A stretch of 64,000 bases of DNA from Candidatus Nanohaloarchaea archaeon (GCA_041640055.1 JBEQAZ010000001.1:6931-70930); one strand, 5' to 3'; positions 1-9,321 are shown, counted from the stretch's first letter. Translations and numbers: made by a program. The notes: a model not told the origin generated them from the sequence alone.

Positions 1-1
1 C

Positions 2-505
2 AAAGCAGTTGAGAAAGCTGAGGAAATCGAAGGAAGAGATGTAGGAAACTCTGAGGAAGTCGGCCTAGGAGCTATAAAATATGCTAACCTGTCTGTATCC
101 CGTCCTAAGGATATCGAGTTCAACTGGGACGAAGTACTGACATTTGAAGGGGACTCAGGTCCGTACCTACAGTACACGAATGTCCGTGCGAAGAGCATCT
201 TGCGAGAATCAGATCTTCAAGGAGAAATCTTTGGAGATTTCAACGATGAGGAGTACAGACTTGTCAAGAAGCTTTCAGAGTTCCCGGAGAAAATCGAAAC
301 AGCCGCAGACCAGCGTGAACCTGCCAAGATCGCTAACTATCTTTCAGATCTGTGCGAGGAGTTCAACAGCTTCTACCATAGCTGCCAGGTAACCGGTACA
401 GAGGAAAAAGTTGAGAGACGGAGACTGAAGATTGTAGAAAGCTTTGTAGAGGTTACAGACACTGGGCTTGATCTTCTGGGTATCGAGTCTCTGGAAGAAA
501 TGTAG
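2..505 (+). CDS. argS: Arginyl-tRNA synthetase, C-terminal part (5' end lies outside the window)
   Basis: Frame 2 is open from the window edge. The translation reads ...GLGAIKYANLSVSRPKDIEFNWDEVLTFEGDSGPYLQYTNVRAKSIL..., followed by a DALR-type anticodon-binding C-terminus (EPAKIANYLSDLCEEFNSFYHSC...) ending in ...LEEM, as in class I ArgRS. Confidence 0.9.
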   Translation, partial: KAVEKAEEIEGRDVGNSEEVGLGAIKYANLSVSRPKDIEFNWDEVLTFEGDSGPYLQYTNVRAKSILRESDLQGEIFGDFNDEEYRLVKKLSEFPEKIETAADQREPAKIANYLSDLCEEFNSFYHSCQVTGTEEKVERRRLKIVESFVEVTDTGLDLLGIESLEEM

Positions 506-506
506 T

Positions 507-959
507 TCAGTCGATCTTCTCCACAGGCACTCCGCCTACCTTTTCATTCTCTTCTACATCACGGTTGATGAATGACTGAGCTCCAACTGTGGCGTTATCA
601 CCTACTTTGATTCCGGGCCGGTTTGCTGTTCCGTGTCCGATAAGCACATCGTCTCCTATAGTTGCTTCACCTTTTATGCAGGAGTCGTTGTCAAATTCAT
701 GAGCCAGAACTTTGGCTCCCCAGCCGATTAACGCGTTCTCACCGATACTGATCTCTTCCGGGAAGAATGGATCAATCTGTACATGAGGCGCTATAACTGT
801 TCCTTTAACAATTTCTACTCCTATCATCCGGTACATCCAGTTTTTCAATTTGACAGGCATTATCTTGGCTATCTCACATATCAAGAGGTTGAATACCAAT
901 TTAAATGGATTTCTTAGTTTGTACCATTTCTGAGGTGGTACATCTACTTTTTCTGTCAT
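507..959 (-). CDS. Hexapeptide-repeat (left-handed beta-helix) acetyltransferase
   Basis: Hexapeptide repeats IGENALIGWGAKVL...IGDDVLIGHGTANRPGIKVGDNATVGAQSFI are typical of Maa/LacA/WbbJ-type acetyltransferases. I set the start at ATG 959 (MTEKVDV...), because the track start at 1037 would overlap the divergent ORF. The start remains uncertain. Confidence 0.7.
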   Translation of the reverse strand: MTEKVDVPPQKWYKLRNPFKLVFNLLICEIAKIMPVKLKNWMYRMIGVEIVKGTVIAPHVQIDPFFPEEISIGENALIGWGAKVLAHEFDNDSCIKGEATIGDDVLIGHGTANRPGIKVGDNATVGAQSFINRDVEENEKVGGVPVEKID

Positions 960-1020
960 ATCTACAGGAAGGGTTTTTTCAGCCGTATTGAATAAAAGTG
1001 TCGATGTTGAAAAATGGGGT

Positions 1021-1227
1021 ATGGGGGAGGAAAACAACTTCTGGATAATCGAACTCTACAACGATGAAACCGCTAATGTATCAATCATGAGCAAGGAAGA
1101 AGCCGAAGCGATGAAGAAAGTGAACGAAGACTTCGAGGAATGGCAGATAGAGCCTTGCAGCGACTTCTCCGAGGATGACATGATTGAGAGAGCGGAAGAC
1201 AAAGGATACGAACACGATCCCTGGTAA
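1021..1227 (+). CDS. Small acidic hypothetical protein
   Basis: The ORF is open and has the acidic composition of the rest of the proteome. ATG at 1021 (MGEENNFWIIELYNDE...); the track lists a TTG start at 988. No family recognised. Confidence 0.4.
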   Translation: MGEENNFWIIELYNDETANVSIMSKEEAEAMKKVNEDFEEWQIEPCSDFSEDDMIERAEDKGYEHDPW

Positions 1228-1231
1228 AGTA

Positions 1232-1573
1232 TCAGTTCTCCAGGTCCTGAAGAATCTTCATGTAGGCATCGTTGTCCGAATGTACTCTGTCAGTTAGTTG
1301 TTCTGCCAGTTCTTCAAGATCGGATTCTTTCATACCGAAGTACGACTCAGAACTTTTGTAGGAAGGCTTGATGCCGATAACATAATCAGATCTGTTTCTC
1401 AAAGGATGGACTACATCCTCAAAGTTAGGTGGATTCTCGTATATCTCAATCCTGCCAGAAGAACCTTCGTAGAATAGAAGCGGCTTACTATTTCTAGCCG
1501 TCCTGCTCAAGGTTTCCCTAGTTACTGACTGCAGATCTCTTTCGTCAACTGATTCGAGGAAATGTGATATCAA
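1232..1573 (-). CDS. Hypothetical protein (start uncertain)
   Basis: The track ORF 1232..1612 runs into tRNA-Phe (1583..1656) on the same strand. The first in-frame candidate start clear of the tRNA is TTG at 1573. No family recognised. Confidence 0.4.
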   Translation of the reverse strand: MISHFLESVDERDLQSVTRETLSRTARNSKPLLFYEGSSGRIEIYENPPNFEDVVHPLRNRSDYVIGIKPSYKSSESYFGMKESDLEELAEQLTDRVHSDNDAYMKILQDLEN

Positions 1574-1582
1574 GGTTGGAAA

Positions 1583-1656
1583 TGGCCGAACCCGGATTTG
1601 AACCGGGGACAACGTGATCTTCAGTCACGCGCTCTCCCAGGCTGAGCTATTCGGCC
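1583..1656 (-). tRNA. tRNA-Phe (anticodon GAA)
   Basis: The reverse complement GGCCGAATAGCTCAGCCTGGGAGAGCGCGTGACTGAAGATCACGTTGTCCCCGGTTCAAATCCGGGTTCGGCCA folds as a cloverleaf. It has a 7-bp acceptor stem GGCCGAA/TTCGGCC, anticodon loop CT-GAA-GA and T-loop GGTTCAAATCC. No intron and no encoded CCA. Confidence 0.92.
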
Positions 1657-1731
1657 AGACTGCTTGATAGAGTATACTTGAAAGGTGAGTTTTAAGAAAT
1701 AAAATGTTCAGTAGACTTAATCTTGGTTAAA

Positions 1732-2232
1732 ATGCCTTTCACTCCATTCCATTTTGGTCCTGCTATTCTCCTGGGTTTGCTGCTTTTGAAGTATATCGAT
1801 TTCCCTACCTTCGTGGCTGCTAATGTTATTGTTGATTGGCGTGCTACACTGGTTTTCTTCGATATTTTAGAAGGTCCTCTTCATAGCTGGCCTTCAACAT
1901 ACCCTGGCGCATTGGTTTCAGGAGTTTTACTGGGATCAACTATGCTCTATGTAAGACCTTACCTCGATAAGGATCTCCGTGAGATGAAAATAATTCAAGA
2001 AGTGAGTAGGAGAAAAATTTTCCTTGCTGCTATATCAGGCGTTATTCTGCATGTTGCTATCGATGCCCTCCATCATCCTAACATCCATCCTTTCCTGATA
2101 AACGGTTTTAAACCTCTTTTCGGGTTTTTCTCGACTTATGAAGTTCGTTTATTCTGTCTAGGATGCTTATTCCTGAGTTGGCCGGTCTACCTTCTGCATC
2201 TTATAACGGAGAAAGAGAGTGCAGAACCATAA
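1732..2232 (+). CDS. Polytopic membrane protein (DUF4184-like N-terminus, tentative)
   Basis: ATG at 1732. The N-terminus is MPFTPFHFGPAILLGLLLL..., followed by several hydrophobic helices and a His-rich patch HVAIDALHHPNIHP. The family assignment comes from motif memory only. Confidence 0.5.
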   Translation: MPFTPFHFGPAILLGLLLLKYIDFPTFVAANVIVDWRATLVFFDILEGPLHSWPSTYPGALVSGVLLGSTMLYVRPYLDKDLREMKIIQEVSRRKIFLAAISGVILHVAIDALHHPNIHPFLINGFKPLFGFFSTYEVRLFCLGCLFLSWPVYLLHLITEKESAEP

Positions 2233-2259
2233 AAAATTTGCTTCATCTCTATATTCATT

Positions 2260-3282
2260 ATGACAGAAAATAACGAAAATCAGGCTTCTGACACCCGTGA
2301 ACATGTGATACCAGGTACGAAGAAAAAGTATACTGGAGAAGATGTAGAGGGATACGATTTCCGGGGCGACTTCGATCTCTCTGAGATGATTGAAAAATAT
2401 TCCACAACCGGTTTCCAGGCCACTCATATGAAGGAAGCTGTTGAACTGGTAAAGGAGATGAGGGATGAGGATGCGAAGATCTTTCTGACATTCACCTCCA
2501 ATATAATCAGCTCAGGGCTTAGAGAAGTAGTTGCTTACCTAGCTCGTGAAGACTTCGTTGATGTGATGATCACCTCCGCTGGAAGCCATACGGAGGATGT
2601 TATCAAGACTAACGATGACTTCCAGATGGGAGAATGGGAGGCTGATGAAGCACAGCTCCGTGAGGAAGGTATCAACAGGCTGGGCAATATTTATGTTGAG
2701 TCTGATCATTATGTCTGGCTTGAGTCCTGGCTGAACGAGGACTTCTTCGACAGTTTCTTTGCGGATGAAAAAATCCGGACTCCAAGCGATCTGGCATACG
2801 AGCTGGGAGAAGCAGTAGGTGAAGATGACGACTTGGATGAGGCCGACTCATTTATCTACCACGCGTATGACAATGATATCCGTGTTTACTGTCCAGCTAT
2901 GATCGATGCAGAGATCGGAGATTTCATGTTTTATTATCGGCAGGAGCAGGATGAGGATATCGGTATCGAGATCCTTGACGACTGGGACAGTCTAATCAAC
3001 GAGGCAATCAGTGCTGAGAAGACTGGCATCATAGCGGTCGGCGACGGCGTGCCTAAGCACCAAGCAATCATGTCGAACCTGTTCAGAGGCGGCACCGATT
3101 ACGCTGTATACATTTCCACAGGTATGGAAGGTGATGGAAGTCTAAGTGGAGCGCCTCCAAAGGAGGCAGTTTCTTGGGGCAAGATCAAGGAAGAAACCAA
3201 AAACTACACACAGGTTGAAGCTGAGGCTACATTGGTATTCCCGCTTCTAGTGGCTGAGGCGTTCAAAAAATATGATCCCTAA
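2260..3282 (+). CDS. dys: Deoxyhypusine synthase
   Basis: Blocks characteristic of DHS: GFQATHMKEAVELV, IFLTFTSNIISSGLREVVAYL, MITSAGSHTED, GDGVPKHQAIMSNLFRGG and YISTGMEGDGSLSGAPPKEAVSWGKI. The 340-aa length fits. Confidence 0.9.
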   Translation: MTENNENQASDTREHVIPGTKKKYTGEDVEGYDFRGDFDLSEMIEKYSTTGFQATHMKEAVELVKEMRDEDAKIFLTFTSNIISSGLREVVAYLAREDFVDVMITSAGSHTEDVIKTNDDFQMGEWEADEAQLREEGINRLGNIYVESDHYVWLESWLNEDFFDSFFADEKIRTPSDLAYELGEAVGEDDDLDEADSFIYHAYDNDIRVYCPAMIDAEIGDFMFYYRQEQDEDIGIEILDDWDSLINEAISAEKTGIIAVGDGVPKHQAIMSNLFRGGTDYAVYISTGMEGDGSLSGAPPKEAVSWGKIKEETKNYTQVEAEATLVFPLLVAEAFKKYDP

Positions 3283-3291
3283 AGAAAAGGG

Positions 3292-3795
3292 TTACTTGCT
3301 GTAGTAACTGCTTACAGCGGCTGAAAGCTTCGGGTTATGTGATTCGTCTACAGGTACGCCGCGGTCTATCTTGTGCATTACTTCTATTGTTTCAGCGAAT
3401 ATGACTATAGGGTTCTTCAGAGCTTTCTTGGCGTTTTTATCGTAGTAATGTCTTAATCTTTCAGCTTTGAGCAGTTCTTCTCTGTTTTCTTCATCTCTCA
3501 GGAACTCGAGGTATTTGTCAAAGTTTTCTGGTTTGCTCCAGTTTTCATGGCTTGATAGAAATGTCTTGACTTCTGTTTTGAAGGCTTGAGACTTTAGATT
3601 TGCTTTAAACCCGTTTTCAGAACTTTTCATGATTCTTACCTGTACCAGGCGTTTTAGCTCTGCTTTGACTGTTGGACTGAGTACTTTTTCAGGTTCTTCC
3701 AGCTGCCAGTTGTCTGCTACTTCTTCCTGTGTCTTCGGGTATACGAATGAAGAAATGTATACCAGGTTTGCCCAGTTACCTTCTCTGAACTCCAC
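3292..3795 (-). CDS. Hypothetical protein
   Basis: 167-aa ORF with no overlapping competitor of better quality. No family recognised. It ends in ...SSYYSK. Confidence 0.5.
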   Translation of the reverse strand: MEFREGNWANLVYISSFVYPKTQEEVADNWQLEEPEKVLSPTVKAELKRLVQVRIMKSSENGFKANLKSQAFKTEVKTFLSSHENWSKPENFDKYLEFLRDEENREELLKAERLRHYYDKNAKKALKNPIVIFAETIEVMHKIDRGVPVDESHNPKLSAAVSSYYSK

Positions 3796-3880
3796 TTTTC
3801 TAATTCACTTCCTCTTGAAACAGTTAATGTAGCTGATAAGTTAAAAATCGTGAACCTGTCCAAAAATATGATTTTCCGAG

Positions 3881-4186
3881 TTATTCAGCTCCTTCCTGTG
3901 AATCAAGGAGCCTTGAGATGAATATTCTCAGGGAGTCGATTCCTCCTACAGCTTCTATGAAGTCCTCGGAGACCTGCTCTGATTCTAGGAAAAGCTCTAC
4001 CATGTCTTCGCTTACTTCTTCAGCTTCTCTTCCTTCACCATACTCTGGTTCGAATGAGGCCAGTTCCTGGTCGGAGTCAAATATCTTGATGCTTTCTTCG
4101 CGGTTTACCAGTTTGAACTTGCCTGTTTCCATTTCTTTGTCGAATTCGAAGCCGTTGTCGGTCTTGCTGTAGTAACTGTTGAGCAT
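3881..4186 (-). CDS. Small acidic hypothetical protein
   Basis: 101-aa D/E-rich ORF starting MLNSYYSK... No family recognised. Confidence 0.45.
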   Translation of the reverse strand: MLNSYYSKTDNGFEFDKEMETGKFKLVNREESIKIFDSDQELASFEPEYGEGREAEEVSEDMVELFLESEQVSEDFIEAVGGIDSLRIFISRLLDSQEGAE

Positions 4187-4218
4187 TTTCTTACAAAAAG
4201 AGAATGTAAAAATAAGTT

Positions 4219-4587
4219 TTAAAGTCTTTTAGCGACTTCCTCTGTCAGATCTGCCAGAGCCGGATGTAGTTCGATGGATGAAAGTCTGTGCATTTCTACC
4301 CATTCGCCCTGCTCCGGTTCTCCTTCGATATTAACCTTGTATGGCTGCATCGTTATTTCTTCGCTTTCATCTTCGAAACTGTTTTTCAGTTTCTTCTTGT
4401 ATCTCTCGACTTCAGATCCGCATCCTGTTACTTCAGAGGCTACTCTTTCAGCAGCATCTGCTGAGAGTTCTCCTTCCTCTCCGTAACCCATCGGGATCTT
4501 GTAGTTTTCGCTTCCCTCCTTTTTCAGAAGCAAGATTTTCTGATCGCGAACAATTAAACTTCCAGAAACCTCATGAACCATACACAA
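4219..4587 (-). CDS. Nudix-like hydrolase (degenerate Nudix box)
   Basis: GYGEEGELSADAAERVASEVTGC approximates the Nudix box GX5EX7REUXEEXGU, with RE replaced by RV. The 122-aa size fits a minimal Nudix fold. Confidence 0.5.
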   Translation of the reverse strand: MCMVHEVSGSLIVRDQKILLLKKEGSENYKIPMGYGEEGELSADAAERVASEVTGCGSEVERYKKKLKNSFEDESEEITMQPYKVNIEGEPEQGEWVEMHRLSSIELHPALADLTEEVAKRL

Positions 4588-4611
4588 TAATTCGTAAGCT
4601 TTGCTTATAAA

Positions 4612-4974
4612 CTAATAGCGGAAATCACCGGAATCCTCCGCATACATACCCGATTCATTATAGAACTCAGCCTCAATTTGAAGAGTTTCTCCCTGATAAC
4701 TCGATAGGCCTTCACATTGAACTATACCACCTGAATTTCTTACAGGAGACTTTCCAGTACAGACAGATTCATCAGCACTGTTGAAGACCTGGACTTCAGC
4801 CTCACACCCGCTTCCTAAAATCCATAGTGGAAGCTTAGACTGGCCAAATCCTATGATATCACCCGAACAATTTACAGCTACACCAGAGCTAGCTCCCAGA
4901 GCGTAAGAGAATCCAAAAACCAGTACCGCAGCACTCAAAACAGTAATAAGTAGAGCCAGAAATCTAATCACCAT
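4612..4974 (-). CDS. Small secreted or membrane-anchored Cys-containing protein
   Basis: N-terminal hydrophobic helix MVIRFLALLITVLSAAVLVFGF, followed by a 95-aa domain containing 4 Cys. Confidence 0.5.
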   Translation of the reverse strand: MVIRFLALLITVLSAAVLVFGFSYALGASSGVAVNCSGDIIGFGQSKLPLWILGSGCEAEVQVFNSADESVCTGKSPVRNSGGIVQCEGLSSYQGETLQIEAEFYNESGMYAEDSGDFRY

Positions 4975-5083
4975 AATATGCCCTCCTTAATTTTGTATTC
5001 TCTCAACTTTATCTTGTATAATTTCCTTCATCAATTGATTTTTAATCTGATTCAATTAAAGTGTTCACTCGTTAGAAAGGTAG

Positions 5084-5156
<73 letters not shown>

Positions 5157-5244
5157 ACTCCGTGGTAAACAGATTCCCTGTCAATTTTTTAAACATAAAG
5201 TATGACCTCTCCTGGAAAACCATGATGCGGGAAAAAGAAAAACC

Positions 5245-5263
5245 TATTTAAAATTGTTGTTAC
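5245..5263 (+). promoter_or_regulatory. TATA-like box plus conserved TGTTGTTAC motif upstream of 5270
   Basis: TATTTAAAATTGTTGTTAC lies 7-13 nt upstream of the GTG 5270 / ATG 5276 start. It is nearly identical to the element at 46475..46493. Confidence 0.5.
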
Positions 5264-5269
5264 TAATTA

Positions 5270-5836
5270 GTGAATATGAATTCCGGAGATTATCTTGAAA
5301 GAGTTGACGGCGGTGAAACAGTCAGAGTGAACGACCTGTATCTATCAGGAGATTACGAGGCTCTGGTAGATATATTTGAGCATTCCACAGTGACCGGAGG
5401 AACTCTTGAAGTAGACTCCAGTTACGCCAATGATGTAATGTATGATGACGAATTCGATCCCGTTGAGAAAGTGGAAGACGGAGTGGCCAATCTCCTGGAA
5501 AACCAGTATGAGGAAGGGTTCAACAAAGCAAACGACAAGATGAAAGAGCTCAACAACAGATTGAGCTGGAACGATGTAAGAGACAGAGCCCTAGACAAAG
5601 CCAATAAGAACGAGAAGAAGGTCAAAGCAGCAACCGCAGGAATGGGTCTAGGCGCCGTAGGAATAGCAGGCGGAATCGGCCTGGAAAATGTACACCTTCT
5701 GGGAGGAGGAGCAGCACTTGAAGTGATCTCAGCTAACAGAAGTGCAACATGGCAGGGAATGCGTGAAAGAGAACTGAGAGAAGCCGCAAAAGGCTTGAAC
5801 CAAGGTTACGCCAACCACGAAATCAACATAAGATAG
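5270..5836 (+). CDS. Hypothetical protein with a C-terminal Gly/Ala-rich hydrophobic segment (tandem paralog A)
   Basis: 188-aa acidic ORF. The segment KKVKAATAGMGLGAVGIAGGIGLENVHLLGGGAALEVI is followed by ...RERELREAAKGLNQGYANHEINI. It resembles the next gene in architecture. Confidence 0.5.
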   Translation: MNMNSGDYLERVDGGETVRVNDLYLSGDYEALVDIFEHSTVTGGTLEVDSSYANDVMYDDEFDPVEKVEDGVANLLENQYEEGFNKANDKMKELNNRLSWNDVRDRALDKANKNEKKVKAATAGMGLGAVGIAGGIGLENVHLLGGGAALEVISANRSATWQGMRERELREAAKGLNQGYANHEINIR

Positions 5837-5852
5837 CTACCTCAAAAGAAAG

Positions 5853-6497
5853 ATGATAACGGATAATCCGGATCAGGTTGATCTCCAGTACGGAGACTTA
5901 CTAAGCAATTCACCGACAGAAGCAGTTCTCATGCTAGATGATCCGGATGTAGAAGTTGATAACTACAGCAAGCAGATAGTCGTACCTGAAGGCTATGCTG
6001 ACTCAGGTATCGATTCCTTCATAAACCAGCCCTTAGGAACTGTAAAGAAAGGTGTAGAAAATAATTTTCAAGACGCTTACAGAAGGTTAAGAGATTCTGC
6101 TCCTGCAGAGAGTCCTTTCTACCGTTTCGGAAAAGAACAGAAAGAAAAAGCAGAAAATGTGGATAGCGAGGATTTCAGAACCCGGATCTGGGACGCTGAG
6201 GACGATCACAGAAAATCTGCATACGGTACCTCAACGGGTTTAGTCGGTTTCGGAGCTTCAGTTGCTTCACAGAAGGAAGAAGCTGCAGCAGCGTTTGGAG
6301 CTGCTACCGCAGGTGTGGCCGCATTCAACAGTTACTCAAGAGGTAGAAGAGACAGTATGCTTGAAGAAGCTGTATCAGGTCTTTCGGATGCTTACGGCGA
6401 ATACGATATAGAGTTTAAGGAAGATGATAGAAGAAGTGAGAGAATGAAGAGAAAAGCAGAGTGGGTTAAGGAAACCCTAACCGAATTGAAAACTTAG
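5853..6497 (+). CDS. Hypothetical protein with a Gly/Ala-rich segment (tandem paralog B)
   Basis: 214-aa ORF. The segment GTSTGLVGFGASVASQKEEAAAAFGAATAGVAAFNSY is followed by RRDSMLEEAVSGLSDAYGEYDIEF, which parallels the C-terminus of 5270..5836. Confidence 0.5.
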   Translation: MITDNPDQVDLQYGDLLSNSPTEAVLMLDDPDVEVDNYSKQIVVPEGYADSGIDSFINQPLGTVKKGVENNFQDAYRRLRDSAPAESPFYRFGKEQKEKAENVDSEDFRTRIWDAEDDHRKSAYGTSTGLVGFGASVASQKEEAAAAFGAATAGVAAFNSYSRGRRDSMLEEAVSGLSDAYGEYDIEFKEDDRRSERMKRKAEWVKETLTELKT

Positions 6498-7624
6498 TCC
6501 AAAAATTCCTTGTTCTCAATCTTCTCTGGCAGGTACTCATTCGCTACGAACTCTAGGCTGTTTGCTGCTAGTGCCTGCTGTTCTACTCTTACGCCTTTAT
6601 CAAGCATCTTCTGGAACTGTTTCTGCCAGTCATCGTTCTGCATCCATTCGTAATCCATGACATCGTGGATACGCTTGTAGTCCTTGGTTGGTCCGCCAGC
6701 GTCTTCTGGCTTTCCTTTCAGGTCTTCTGTTACATGTTCAAGTCCGTATTCCTCGATGTCTTCCATTGTCATACCGATAAGGCGAGCATCCGGGGTAGCC
6801 AGTCGGTCAGACTGGAAGGCTAGGCTCATGGATCCAGATTTGAGGACTGAGTAAATGTAGTATCCCCATGGGTCGCCGTCAGTGAAGACATATACTGGTA
6901 GTTCCAGTTCGTTATGCATCATGTTGATGAGTCTTCTTGCTCCACGAGCTGGCTGTCCTCCTGTTCCTATGATGATTGCGTTGTGTTCTTCATGGAAATC
7001 TTCCTCAACCAGTCGATTAACCATAGCGCTTGTCTCGACTACGAGTATAAAGTCTGCGGAATGTTCCTCGAACTCTAGATGGTCAACGATTGATGGGATT
7101 GCCATTCCGGCGCTTCCCATGCTCATACCGTCGATGATGTCGCCTGAGTCGTTAATCTTGATCGGTCCGAAAAGCCGTCCTTTCGGCTCTGCGAAGAGGT
7201 GTAGGTCTTCTCGGATTGCTCCTGTTGCTGTTTCTATATCGACTACTACATTGTTGGATTCGTCTTGGTCCTCGAATGTGTTCTCGTCGAGTCCTGGTAC
7301 GCTGTGCTTTAGCTGGTAGTATACTTCTCGGATGGAAGCTGTTCTACCGTTCTGAACCAGTTCTTTTGCCTTGTTTGCGACCAGCGTGGTCTGCATGAAC
7401 TTTCTTGCGTGGCTGATGTTCAGGAACTTTCTTGTGGAGTAGCTGTCGCCAAGTGATAGTCGGCCTTCTTCTTCATCGTACTCTACATTTGATTTGGACC
7501 GTACCTGTGTGTCGATTGTCAGGTTGTCCTGTTCCTCACCTTCAAGTTGATCTATCAGCTGTCTTCCAAGCCTTGTCAGTCTTTCCAGTGTTGTCTGATC
7601 GTTCTTTAGGTCTTTCTTTGGCAT
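6494..7624 (-). CDS. top6A: DNA topoisomerase VI subunit A (Spo11-like)
   Basis: Contains REVYYQLKH (catalytic Tyr region) and the Toprim block VFTDGDPWGYYIYSVLKSGS. It sits directly downstream of top6B in the usual operon order. Confidence 0.93.
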   Translation of the reverse strand: MPKKDLKNDQTTLERLTRLGRQLIDQLEGEEQDNLTIDTQVRSKSNVEYDEEEGRLSLGDSYSTRKFLNISHARKFMQTTLVANKAKELVQNGRTASIREVYYQLKHSVPGLDENTFEDQDESNNVVVDIETATGAIREDLHLFAEPKGRLFGPIKINDSGDIIDGMSMGSAGMAIPSIVDHLEFEEHSADFILVVETSAMVNRLVEEDFHEEHNAIIIGTGGQPARGARRLINMMHNELELPVYVFTDGDPWGYYIYSVLKSGSMSLAFQSDRLATPDARLIGMTMEDIEEYGLEHVTEDLKGKPEDAGGPTKDYKRIHDVMDYEWMQNDDWQKQFQKMLDKGVRVEQQALAANSLEFVANEYLPEKIENKEFLD

Positions 7625-7699
7625 TTATCTTTCACCTTGATTTTCAGTCATTTCTCTTTTTGTCGTAGTAACGGTTTCTCTCATTTTGGTTTCTCCTCG

Positions 7700-9295
7700 T
7701 TAAAGCTGTTCAGGGTTGTAGTCCCTCTGGACCATAGCCTGGATTTCGTCCTCGATTTCTTCTGGGTCGCCTTCTCCTGCTAGCTGGGCGATTGCCGGCC
7801 CCATCTCTTTGGCGTAGCTTGTAAGCTGTCTTTTCTTCTTCTCCTGAATCTCTTTTCTTTCTTTTCTTTTCAGGTATTTTCCGAGCTTTCTTCCTGCTTC
7901 CTGAAGCGCCAATTTCATCTCTTTCCTGATTGGATCGTAGTTTGCTACTGCTTCCTTTCCTTCTGATGTGAATGGCACCCAGACAGATACGATATGTACT
8001 GAGATGTACAGAGGTCCCTGTGGCCGTCCGCCTGACTGGCTTATGTTGTATCTGCTCCAGTCCACGGACTCTATTGCTTTCGTGGTTACACAACTGCTTT
8101 TCTTGTATAGAAGCGGTACTTTGTTCGCGTAACGAAGTTCGTTGAAGCTTCCTTCGTCTTCGATGTCTCCTCCCCATGCTAGTCCGACTTCTACCTGGAA
8201 CGGATTACCCTGGTAGACTTTCGGTTTCCGTGTGACGGATTCCGTGAATTCTGGGTTGAGCTCTTTCTTGAGTCCTTTGAGCATCAGGTCCTCTCCGACA
8301 GGTGATAGACAGTCGGTTGGAGGACTCTGAAGATCTACTCTCTGAGCTGCTTTCAGTACCTGTTCTACTTCATCTTTCTCAAGAGTGTTCGGTCTTCTTC
8401 CTTCATCTATGTCTGCTTCCTCACAGATAGCTTCTGCACTGGTTCTTCCTACACGAGTAAACTCGTTCTGCAGGAAGCTGGAGATTGTTCTTGCTGAGCT
8501 GTTGTCGATCATTCTCAGCATGACTCCGAGTTCCACTCCATGCGGATGCGGTTTGATCTCCTTTGGCTTCTCCGGTAACTGTTTGGATACACGCGGGTAT
8601 TCGATCTTGTTGCCGTCTGGTTCCCGTAGAACTACTCTTGCATACGGGTTCATGATCGCGGTATGTTTCAGGTAGTTCCTTACGCTGTGATGGCCGTGTG
8701 TGTACTTGGCCTCGATGTTCATTTCTATGGTTGTTCCGTGGTCAAAGTAGTAGTCTTTTTCTCCAGGGAACTCATCGCTGTCCGGGTCGACCTGTTCCTC
8801 TTCGATAATTTCTGGCTCGTTTGTCTCTGTGTCGATCCGTACTACGAACTTGTTGCAGGGTTCGCCTTCCTGTTTTGAGTATACTGTTACTGGTTCTCCC
8901 GTGGTTAGCTGTGCATACATCGCGGATGCGGAGATTCCGATTCCCTGCTGTCCACGGCTTTGCTGTAGTTTGTGGAATTTGGATCCATAAAGTAGTTTTC
9001 CGAATACTTTTGGTATTGTTTCTCGGTCTAGTCCGATTGCGTTGTCTCTTATTTCGACTCGGCATTTTTTGTCGTCGTATTCGTCGACTAGGACATGTAC
9101 TTCCGGCAGTATTTCGTCTTCTTCACATGCATCCAGTGAATTGTCGACTGCTTCTTTGACGACTGTTATTATTGATTTTTGGGCATTTTCGAATCCGAGT
9201 AGGTGTTTGTTTTTCTCGAAGAATTCTGCTACCGATATTTCACGGTGTTCAGATTCTTCTGGTATTTCTTCTTCAATTCCGTTTCCGTTTGGCAT
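7700..9295 (-). CDS. top6B: DNA topoisomerase VI subunit B (GHKL ATPase)
   Basis: Bergerat-fold motifs VKEAVDNSLDA, DNAIGL and GSKFHKLQQSRGQQGIGISA. The 531-aa length fits, and it is adjacent to top6A. Confidence 0.93.
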   Translation of the reverse strand: MPNGNGIEEEIPEESEHREISVAEFFEKNKHLLGFENAQKSIITVVKEAVDNSLDACEEDEILPEVHVLVDEYDDKKCRVEIRDNAIGLDRETIPKVFGKLLYGSKFHKLQQSRGQQGIGISASAMYAQLTTGEPVTVYSKQEGEPCNKFVVRIDTETNEPEIIEEEQVDPDSDEFPGEKDYYFDHGTTIEMNIEAKYTHGHHSVRNYLKHTAIMNPYARVVLREPDGNKIEYPRVSKQLPEKPKEIKPHPHGVELGVMLRMIDNSSARTISSFLQNEFTRVGRTSAEAICEEADIDEGRRPNTLEKDEVEQVLKAAQRVDLQSPPTDCLSPVGEDLMLKGLKKELNPEFTESVTRKPKVYQGNPFQVEVGLAWGGDIEDEGSFNELRYANKVPLLYKKSSCVTTKAIESVDWSRYNISQSGGRPQGPLYISVHIVSVWVPFTSEGKEAVANYDPIRKEMKLALQEAGRKLGKYLKRKERKEIQEKKKRQLTSYAKEMGPAIAQLAGEGDPEEIEDEIQAMVQRDYNPEQL

Positions 9296-9321
9296 GGTAT
9301 CTCCTCAGAAAGTTGTGGTAT

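Noticed and set aside
1574-1612. The start of ORF 1232..1612 lies inside tRNA-Phe.
   Set aside because: The first 10 codons are simply the tRNA 3' half read on the same strand. The CDS, if real, must start downstream (TTG 1573 proposed).
7710-8177. An Arg-rich 155-aa ORF in an alternative frame of top6B. A similar Arg-rich ORF at 32299..32760 lies inside the ATPase gene.
   Set aside because: These are out-of-frame readings of GAA/GAG-rich coding sequence. Both host genes have strong homology in their own frames.
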